Origin: Kudoa neothunni
Taxonomy: Eukaryota; Animalia; Cnidaria
Assembly (NCBI GenBank): GCA_964304625.1
Contig: OZ199838.1
Coordinates: 9,079,245 to 9,143,244, forward strand
Reading direction: 5' to 3'
Length of the DNA: 64,000 nucleotides
Made by a program: the position numbers and the translations under genes. This document shows positions 54,138 to 64,000 of this stretch, piece by piece; within the stretch, counting starts at the first letter, position 1, and the number at the start of each line of letters is the position of its first letter. Under the pieces are notes generated by a model, which did not search any database, was not told the DNA's origin, and worked only from the letters and a program-made list of their open reading frames with translations.

Positions 54138-54553
54138 GGACAGATAGCACATTGGTGTGACACTCGGACTCAGAACCTTGAGGTAATGGGTTCGAATCCG
54201 CCGGTGATCAGAATACTGCTTCCGTGTCGGTGGGTCTCTATATCATATTTGCGTGAAGCGGGATGAGAGTGAATAGGAGTTTGAATCTCCGAAACCCATC
54301 GAAACGCAAAATGATTTGCAGTTCCCGCAGAGCCGATGTCCTTAAAGGGATAGGGTTTGGGGTGGTGGTGGTCGCCCTGAGACGAAGATGTTTAGTGGGT
54401 TAAAGTCCCACACTACCGCATAAAGATAAGCGACGGGGTTTCATGTTACGTCCTGCGGTGCCTAAAGCGTTAATGGAAGAGGTCTGACAAACCAAAATTC
54501 CACAACCTAATAAGTTGCGCCAGGGGTTTTGCCTTGTAAACAAAACAAAAAAA
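54138..54553 (+). mobile_element. tRNA-derived SINE
   Basis: Pol III A box TAGCACATTGGT (54145) and B box GGTTCGAATCC (54189) at tRNA spacing, without a pairing acceptor stem. GC-rich structured body and A-rich tail AAACAAAACAAAAAAA. Confidence 0.8.
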
Positions 54554-57523
54554 TTTATTGGAAATTTTTCTATGGAATTTTACATGAGTTTCTCATTTAA
54601 TCATTTTTAATTTTTCAAGTTAATATAAGTAAAAAAAATCTTGGGATGTTTTTCACTTTAATCCCGTTAGAAGATGGAATTTTTTGGGGCCTGACCTGAA
54701 CTTATATTTTAGCCAAGTTTTTGATATGCAATATGTTTAATAAATATAGGAGAACCGCGAAAATTTCAATTTTCTATGAGACAGTTGTAAAATTTTATTG
54801 CCAAATCCGCTAGAAGGTTAAATATTATGAGATTAATACGTATAAACTAGATTAAAATATTATAACCTGGTAGGTTTAATAGAAACTCAAAGTATAATTG
54901 AAAAAATATCGATCTTAAATTAATTGGTACGTTTAAAAGAATATGTCTATTATATTTGATTAATTTTTATAGTTAAATTTTGAAGTCATTTTAGTATTTG
55001 GAATCATTCCACTTAAATAACTTTTTAAAATATAAAAACTCGCGTGTGTAAATGGGTGATAAATGGAGATTAATAATGATTTGATAATTTCTCATACTAT
55101 TTAATTATGAAAGAAGCTATTTGCGTGATAAATTTTAATCCCCGCACCTTCTATTCACAAGCTGTATAGAGATTTAATTTTTTAGAATCTGGTATATTTT
55201 ATTATTTATAAGACATAGATTCGCTCTTATGAGCCATAAACAATCGAATATAGTCAAAACTAGTGACTTCTGAATATTATTTACCATAAAAATGACCAAC
55301 TTCTTCAAAATTATATCATATCCAGCGCTTTCTGATTCATTCTAGTTTCCGTACCTTCTACCACTTATAAGGACGACGTCCGCATCCCTTCTCAAGCAAG
55401 ATTTTAAAATGGATTTACTTTTAGGCGAGGAAATATTTCTACTAGAATAACATGGTAATTTGCCCTCTACTTTAACAAAAAAATGTAGATAGAATAACTA
55501 TATTAATGATACAGTAAATGTATTGACTTTTTTCATGTCCTTTAGACAATAATTAAGAGAAAACAGCGTTCTTTATTTTAAAATTATATGTGAATAGTTG
55601 TGCACGCGCGGAATGTTGGTTTTGTAGTCTTTTTGTTTTAATTGTAAATTTACAAATTAAATGAGAAAAAAACATGTTTCTCAATCTCAAATATAAAGTT
55701 TTAGTTTATATAATTTTTGTGTGGAAATCTAAAATAATTCAACCAAATAAAATAACTTAATTTTGACATTAATTGAAATATAATCTTTATTTGTATTATA
55801 GTCGACTAAAAAAAATATAAATCTAAATTTTGAAGAAATCGATAGATTTTAAGCCATTTTTTTATTTTTTATTTTCTTCATTAAGAATAAATAATAATAA
55901 TTTTTCGTACTGGATTATAACATTTTATATTAAAATGAAACAAAGAAAATAATAATTTGAAAACATAAATTAATGCTAAATAAAATTCATAAAATGATCA
56001 ATTTTTTTATCCGGCTTATTTCAGATCTGCTTACGCACGAATCACATACAAATACTTTCGAGAGAGATTCCTACTACATGGAATCAATACGTCACGTATA
56101 AAGCATGCTTAGCGGTACTACTTTTCCGTTGACTCAAGATGTGAGTCAAAAACCTCTAGTAACTGTTTTCGGATCTATTGGGCGCGGAGAATCTCCATTC
56201 GGGAAGTCCTGATCGAATCGGTAGTTACACCCCACTAATATTATACGCTAGTAGTTTATAGTTGCTAAATCTCACCAGGGATGTTAATTGAATGGTAAAA
56301 AATTTTCACACTTCACATTTTATTTATAAATATATTAAATAATAATTATTACAATTTTTTGATAATTTAATTTTTTTAAATTTTCAAGAATATATTTAGT
56401 CTGGCTTTAACAGAATTAATGGAAAGTGGCCATACCAACGGATAATAATATCCAGGCGAGTGTAATTTTGATCGTAGTTAATTATGCTCCCTCCCCTAAA
56501 AGTACTAACGATGGGCCAAAAGTAATCAACTACGGCATATTTTAAAAAAAATTTCACAAATCATCTATGAATGGGAGTTGTTGCGATTAAAAAACGGCAA
56601 TATGCACGCGTAGATGCCATTTAGGATTGAAAATATCCGTCGCAATAACCACTGCCTAACTAAAACCTCAAATACCAAATAGGTATGTGCATAATCAGGT
56701 ATCAGCAATTACCGAAAGGTTCAATAGTTGTATTCCTTTTAAAAAAAAGTTCTAACAGTATCGCCAGGTTTAAATTATTCTATAGTATGTAGAATCTGCA
56801 AAAATTCGATTTCGATAATTTGAACTACTATCAATAAACTCAATAAGTATTCTTAGGTGTGTCTCGCAAAATTCAAAGATTATTAGGATATTGATGAAAG
56901 ATTATTCAAATTTATGTTTTTCAACTAGAAGATGTAAGTATTAATTTGTATTTAAATTTAAAATAATTAATAATTTTGTACAATCAACTTGGTAATATGT
57001 CAGTTTGTTTTCATTTCTTAAGTTTGGCGTAGGTACAAATTACAAATATGGATAAGGGATTATGTTCAATTGCATTGACCTTAAATTGGTAGCTATCGTT
57101 GAGCTGGAAAGAAAATATTTATCATCCGTCTAATTCTGTAGATAATTTTAATAATTATAGATTCAGTTCAACCTCTAAATTTTGATCCCAACCGTCCAAA
57201 TAACCAATGGGATCTTTTAAATTATTACTTAATTACCAAAAAATTGATTAATGTAGGTAAACAAATTTTTGTTAATTTGGGTGAAAGAATAAGTTATTTA
57301 CATAAAACAGAATGAGCCAATAATGATAATAACACAAATCGAATATTAGTTAATTTTCCTATTTGATTTAATGATTTGTTTGACGTATTTGTTGGTAATA
57401 CACTAATAAATATTTTCGTAAACAAATCCAATCCTTCAGAAACAAAATTAATAATTTTTTAGTAGTGGTAACGATGATATGCGTTGGTTTTAGATTAATT
57501 TAAACTAGTAGGTCGTACCTGCT

Positions 57524-57532
57524 CGCCATTTT
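57524..57532 (+). promoter_or_regulatory. YY1-like motif CGCCATTTT just upstream of the MARCH6 ATG
   Basis: Matches CGCCATNTT about 24 nt before the start codon. Motif match only. Confidence 0.35.
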
Positions 57533-57555
57533 CCGTATATTACGGTGAAAGATAG

Positions 57556-60500
57556 ATGACTTCCGATATAGGTAAATAAATACATTTTTACGATGCAATC
57601 ACACCTCTCTAGATATATGTCGTATCTGCCATACTGGTGGTGATGAGAAGGATCCACTTTTTTATCCATGCAAATGTAGTGGATCTGTGCGATTCATTCA
57701 CTCATCATGGTATTGAATATGAATATGAATATACACGGTGTCAACTCGAATAAAAATTATTTAGTTTAAAGCAATGGCTAGATGCGTCTAAAAGAAAGTA
57801 AAAAACTTATTCTTATTGGTGGATAATGATTTTATGGGGACATATAGTTATTGCGATTTGTGCCGACAACGATTCCAATATTTAAAAGGTAAAATATGGA
57901 TAACTTTTACAAAGTTTCCACAAACGTTAAATAATCCCAATTATCTTCTCACTTGATATAGTGTACAAAGAAGGACCGAATAGCGTGAAAACATCACTTG
58001 GAAAAATAGCAATCACTTGTTCGCTCCTTTTCCAAACAGCTATTGCCGCCACGATTATTGTATTGATAACATGGAGTTGGTTAGTGATGCTGCCTTGGGT
58101 TATCGGTATGTACATAAAATAGAAATGAGGTTTGAAAAACATAATTACTATCATTATTAAACCATATAGGAGTATTTGGTCAGTTTCTGTTCGATCAACA
58201 TGCGATAATTAATCTGTTCTATGATTTTTTCAATGATCCATATCAGTATAATTAATCATTATCGAGTTTTTACTATGCGATTGATTTAGCTTCGGTAAAG
58301 TTGTATACATTGCATTATTTGGGGTGGCTTATGGTTATATGTACGTCTTTTTCTGTCTTTTATTCCTCTTTGGAGCGCTCTCTATGATCAATGTCTTGAT
58401 ATCTGTTGAGGAGCCTCCATGGTTGAATAAAGTTAAAAATGATGTGCTAAGCAGGTTGAAACTTGATTTGAAACTACCAGATAAAAATTGTACCTCTAGA
58501 TGAGCGTTAATACTGACTAATGTTTTTGTCGTGTAGTGTTGTTGTTTAACAACTCGGTTAAAGTGGATGATAGAAATATGTTTGTTTCGTTGAAGAAAGC
58601 ATTCGAACCGTTGCTAAGCGTTGCTCCAAATCCTGATGAATATTTTGAAATTCCTTACCTACATCGTTTTGCTGACCGTCTCGAATACTATGATGAAAGA
58701 GTGATCCATGTGTTGAAATCAGTGGTGTAAATTTTCCTATAACAATTAATTAACTAAATTTTTTATTTTTCGAACTCTATCAACCGCTTAGATTTCAACG
58801 TGTTCATCATTTGAGATTGTTTGAGGCAAGAATCATTGAAATTCTTCTTGATATTAAAAGGGTAACCTTGACAACTAATCCATAATTTATTTGGTCTTAA
58901 TCAATCTTCGTTTTTACTTTATTAGATTGATATTCCTTACAAATCTATACTATTTTATCAAAGTGATATCATCAAAATAGAAGCCACTCCCGACCAGGTC
59001 AAATCTGGGGGTGTTTATGCTACCAAATTGAAGGATATTGATGAGATGACTCCACATGAAACATATGATTCAAGTGATTTAGACATCGAATTTGATGCTG
59101 CTGAATCATCAGAGAACAATGGTACTGGAAGCGATGATGACGATAGCGATGGAGATTTAGCTCATCTGGCTTACGTTTCCATGGATTTTTCCTATTACAT
59201 TGTTGAAGCTGTTGGGGATTTCGAATTATCGGAGGTAAATTGCTTTCTAAATGGAATGATACTTTGAATTTCAATTGTAGTTTTTTGGATTTGAAAATCC
59301 GAAGAAATATTTTGTAAGTGATATTTTTAAATTAAGTCTAATAAGATAAGGCGGTGAATGTTTGATTTGTAATATAGCTCAGAATTAAATATAAATTTGC
59401 GCGACTGCTTTTTCTAACTTAATTTACTCTCATAAATTATACCTAATATTAGTGTTGACCCGGTAACACTTTTTCCAAACTGTAAATGCATTGAAAGTTA
59501 CAATACTCACCTATACTGTTAGCAGGTTGGGCGTGTGCTAAATTTTAGGGGTTTGATAATGTGAATATTCGATTAATTGTTGTATCAATAATTCACAAAC
59601 ATTTTGGTTATCACGAATATATAATATTTATTAGTTAAAATAACTGTTATATTAAATGCTGAGAAAAAAAGGAATGTCGAATTTATCACCGCATTATTGC
59701 GATAAAACGATTTTTAATGTGATAGTTAATTTGAATTATGATAATGAATTTATTAAATTAGAAGAATAAAAATGTTTGAGATTAAGTAAGAGTTGGTAAG
59801 AGTAAAAATTGTCATTATGCAAGCATACGTGCCTTTTAGGACCATAATTCACTCCTAGAATAGCCTCTGCCTTAGCTAAACTAGTATAAAACCTCCAAGT
59901 AAATATTAATTTAGTTTCCAAGTTATGGAGATAATTTAGATTTTTCACCAAGCCGATGGGGTACATTTGAAAAATCAGTTAAGAACCTCTGCTTTAACGG
60001 ATTCTAATACAAAAATTTTATTTATAACATATAAATGTATATGCGGATTTAGTCAAAAAAAAGAATTTTCGCATGCTTATAATAATAAATAATGATAATA
60101 ACAAATTTGTACGGAGCAATGGTAACGACTTTAACTAATTTAAAAATTCTTTTGTCATTCTCTTTAACTTATTTTTTTATCTAACGTGAAGTTAATAGTT
60201 TATTTATGAAACTAGATTGTTTTAAATCATCAACTCATTAATTAATATTATTTTTAGTCTGATAGCGTAATATCGATTTTTTTTCACTTACTGTATATAT
60301 TGAAAATACATTTTAATATAAACTACAAATAAAAATTTTATTTATACATAATTATTTATTTCGTACTTCATAATTTTATTATCGAAAAAAATACAAAGTT
60401 TCTTAAATATTTAAACATTAATTCACTATACCTGAATTTATAGGTTTCATTCCCAACCAATAAATTTACTTTTAGATCAATTTGTTAAGAATTTTCATAC

Positions 60501-63387
60501 TTACTGTGCTATTTATGGAATTTACTGGTATACTGATTGCATTTTATGCAGAAATTATCACAAACAATTTTAGTCATTCTACCTTCTCTATTCATGAAAA
60601 TCTCCCTTGAGCTGTTCTACTCCCATAGTGTGGTTCGGACATTGTTCATCGCCGAGAGACCGGAGCTTTTAAACTATTTTCCTTCTCTATATGTGAATAA
60701 TGGGCCTGTGGATAATCTGATGCTTTTGACGATATTTTATTTTCTTTTTGGATTTATTTCAAAAGCAGCAGAGGTATATTGAAAATGATGGCTCTTATCT
60801 TCTAACACGTTTTTGTCGGTAGGTGATATTTAGTTCGATGAACAAATACGTGTACGTTACAGAATAGAAATGCGTTGAAAAATTTATTGTGTAAATTTTA
60901 GTGCGGCGTTTGTTTTTGGAATCACTTACAGGATTATCAAGGTAACTCATATTTCTTAAATTAATATTAAAATTAATTACTTTAGCTCAAATATGTCATC
61001 ATTTTTCAAATTGTTACACTTCCTATAATCAATGGAGCTATGATGTCTAAATGCATTCATGTATTTTTTGGTGGTGAAACGTGATTGTTACATAAAAATC
61101 TAGTTCTTTATCGATAGAACCTACCCGATTTATTCGTCGAAATTTTTGCAGCAGCGTATTTAATTTAAAACTGATTAATGATATACCGTTAATTTAGGAC
61201 TTCTTATTGTTGAATGGTGGCTACTTGGAATGATTTGCTTCCTTAGTGTTATATCGTTAATGCTTCACATAAAGAAAGTAACTTATCTTACCATAACTTT
61301 CCATTTTATTTCGATTAATAGATTCTTCGTACTGGCCTTAATATGATTTTTGTACCTGAGAAAGATATTTCGCTAGCCACTATAGAGGAAATTCTCTATT
61401 CTCATCCCATCAAATACATTATAAGTGTTTGCATAATATTTTTCGCCAACACTATTCTCACCATGGTCTACTTCTTCTTACCCATATATGTGACTAGCAT
61501 GATATTCGACAACTATCTGTCTTCATTAGTGATTTCGAATTCTGACAGTTTTTTGTAATATCAATCCACTCGACTATCTATATCAAGCGATACTATTTAG
61601 GCACAATGCAAATATCGATGTTTACGAGCAATTTATCGTAGAATTTTTTTATGCCTTTTTTATGGCTATCAACATAATCCGTTCAGTCGAAACTTCCACA
61701 TTTATGCTTCGTATTATCACCAAGATTCTAACCGTAGTCGCCAATTTTTTGTAAGTATGATATTTACGAGTCATTTTTGTATTTGATGCCTTTAGTGGAT
61801 TGCGATCGTTCGTGTTTGGTCACACCATCTTCATTGATCAAAAATCTGTATGATTTGTAAACAGTCTCTTTAATTTACTCAAATGTATAGTATATGACAT
61901 ATGCTGGGGTGAAAACTTACAATGAACAGAACAAAGCCTATTTCACCTCAAAAAGTAGTTTTAATGACGTTTCTCAAAAGTATCATTGACTTTTCTAGAG
62001 TTCTCACCTTACGAACTTACCACCTTCATGTATACACGGGTAATATCCATTTTTTTTATTTTTGGTCACTCTTTCAAATTATAACGATTATGGCTATCTA
62101 TGTTAATTTCAAATACTTTTTTATAATAATTACTTTTTTAAGTTGGCCGATCAATTTAATTTTAACATACCACTGACCTCACAAATCTAATATTGATTAT
62201 GTTGATTTCATACTAAAAATTTGATTTTGAACAGATATTTTTATTGACCGCTAGTTTCATTGCCATTTCGTTTCCATTGGTCATTGCATTATTTACTTTT
62301 TCCGGTATGTTTTTTGTGTGGTTTATGTCCACTCAATGTATAATAGTCGTTTGTGGGAAATTGCTTCTTTATGTATTTTTTTTCGATGCGTCCTCATGTT
62401 ACATATGCTTTTCTGCTGGTATTGTATTTTTCCATTGTGCCAATTTTTTGTACAACCACCTTGGTCACATTTTCACAATAATCAATGCTCAACAATCTCG
62501 TCCAATTGCATTATCTGGTCAGATTAAAAGAAAAGTACTTACACCACTTTTTACGGACAATCGACTATATGGTTTTTTCGCAGTTAAAGAATTGGTTTTT
62601 TGTCTATGTCATCAATTTGATAATATTCCCATTCGTTGTTGGAGAACTGATTCAATATTGGGTTCTAGTTGTTTTGGGATATAATATTCACACAGACATG
62701 ATTTCGTCAATAAGTCAAGTAAATAAAATGCTAACGAATATTTTTCACTATTGATTATGAACGATGTTTGTGTATTTGTGTAGAGTCTTGTGATCGGTAC
62801 AACCATGACAAACCTCGTTAGGGTGCTGATGTTGATACTTCCAGATGATGTTGCCAATCTTGCTCCAATTCCCGTATGTGATTGTTGGTAGTTATAATGT
62901 GGCATTCTCTTCTCTAGCTACGATTATACATCACCAACAATATCTCCAGCTACGATCTCAGTCGCAAATTCTGCTTGCCTATAATCAGTTCACTCTTACT
63001 CTATTTAGCTACTCCCTTCTGTTTATTAAATTCAATTTTGTATGGTTTCAATCTGGAGGAGTCATTTATCAGAAAATGCCAATTCATTTTCTGTATTGTT
63101 CCACCTGGCTTTCTGACGCTCCTCACCTTTATCAGTCTAATCAAACACAGCTGGGACTATATCTATCAGTTACATCTTTCAGAAAAGTATTTTGAATTTT
63201 CTGTCGCAATTCTCAGTAATTATTCAACACATTATTATATAGCTATCTGGTTGAAAAAATTCTTCTAAACAGAGACACTAACAGTCCTCACGAGTTTAGA
63301 GAAAGATCTGTTTTCGTATCCGCCCATTACTCTTCCGATTCGTCTACTTCCCTCGACAGACAACGCCCAATTCCTGAGCGTTCGTAG
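57556..63387 (+). CDS. MARCHF6: ER-membrane E3 ubiquitin ligase MARCH6/TEB4/Doa10 (many short introns)
   Basis: N-terminal RING-CH DICRICH...[24 protein letters not shown]...YCDLC, many TM segments, and TD-domain-like WWLLGM...ILRTG...EEI...P. The stop is 63387 if the last intron is spliced, otherwise 63463. Confidence 0.92.
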
Positions 63388-63734
63388 CGTTCCTTCCTTC
63401 GCAACTCGGTTATTTCCACATTATAGATTTCAACATCATGTATATGAAATGACATTATCTTGATTAATGTAATGATTAAAACTGTTAAGTTTTGTCTTTT
63501 CAATTTTTATTTTCCCTTTCGTTTTTATTGTTCATTATATGTTTACGTGTGCGATCGAAAAATTTTTAATTTTTTACCTCATACGCACGCAGAAGAAGTG
63601 AATAATCCAATCTATAATTTTCTATGATGGAGGATTTAAGAACGTCTCGTATTCGATTTTGTATTTTTAAACCTTGAGAAAAATGATAGAATAGCTGATT
63701 TTCGTAAAAATTTAAGTTGAGAAATTTTACTTAA

Positions 63735-64000
63735 CCCTTTAGCGATAACGATACTGGGTCGAATCGACCCCAAAGTAGAATTGAATAACGGATAGCTTCT
63801 TCCCCTTAGTTCCAATGTTCTTAAATTCAAACGATTATTTATAAATATATTCTTCTATGTAACTGAGGAAAATTGGATAATTTAGATATTTTTATTTAGC
63901 CAAAATTTGAAGGATACCCTCCAACGATCATTTGAACACTCGGGGTCGATTCAACCCTGTCTTTTTATTTAATCGTTTTGTACATAAATTTCATTAAATT
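63735..64000. mobile_element. Probable left end of a piggyBac-like MITE
   Basis: TTAA|CCCTTT followed by two copies of a GGGTCGA(A/T)TC(G/A)ACCC palindrome (about 63756 and 63943). The other end lies outside the window. Confidence 0.5.

Larger units (their letters stand above)
53018..54817 (-). mobile_element. Decayed piggyBac-like element hosting a hAT MITE and a SINE
   Basis: Ends TCAA|CCCTCTA...TAGAAGG|TTAA; sub-terminal inverted pair 53033-53052 / 54665-54684. Minus-strand remnants FVDRSKV..ILRF and LCANLGYV resemble piggyBac VDESMV..GR.RF and LC..TGY. Confidence 0.55.

Noticed and set aside
54138-54210. Functional tRNA gene (CAG anticodon-like loop)
   Set aside because: Acceptor and T stems do not pair, and the sequence continues into a SINE body and A-rich tail.
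62244-63268. Overlapping ORFs or frameshifts in the MARCH6 3' region
   Set aside because: All resolve into one frame through ordinary short GT-AG introns.
14375-63387. N-degron gene cluster (UBR1 plus MARCH6)
   Set aside because: The genes are more than 30 kb apart with unrelated genes between them. There is no evidence beyond coincidence without synteny data.
562-63830. Many 60-100 aa ORFs in the track (for example 562-795, 5878-6165, 11665-11976, 40229-40420, 59736-59966)
   Set aside because: They are antisense to real exons, lie inside transposon relics, or are chance frames in AT-rich DNA with no recognisable motifs.
1-64000. CRISPR arrays, operons or bacterial defence systems
   Set aside because: No regularly spaced repeat-spacer arrays or prokaryotic gene organisation; the genes carry spliceosomal introns.

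Overview
This is an AT-rich (roughly 25-30% GC by eye) eukaryotic nuclear window, not prokaryotic DNA. The proteins are animal-type but highly diverged, and they are broken by dense 38-60 nt GT-AG introns. That fits a fast-evolving, reduced animal parasite such as a myxozoan cnidarian, but the taxon is inferred and cannot be proven from the window. Manual splicing supports eight host genes: FEN1 (-), a claudin/PMP22-like tetraspan (+), a UBR1/UBR2 N-recognin (-), a FoxK-like forkhead factor (+), RPS24 (+), POLR3D/RPC4 (-, largely missed by the ORF track), TAF2 (+) and MARCH6/Doa10 (+). Intergenic space and a few very large introns hold decayed, often nested DNA transposons (hAT, pogo/Tigger, Tc1/mariner, Merlin/IS1595-like, piggyBac, a long-inverted-repeat element) and one structured tRNA-derived SINE. 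I found no CRISPR array, rRNA, functional tRNA or altered genetic code, and no clearly novel multi-gene system. The best leads are: (1) near-loss of the +5G in 5' splice sites; (2) POLR3D and TAF2 start codons only 52-67 bp apart, head-to-head; (3) a FoxK-like protein with a Cys-rich module in place of the FHA domain; (4) a SINE with two tRNA-like units and competing helices; (5) candidate horizontally transferred transposons. All exon boundaries and family calls were made by eye, without alignments or searches.
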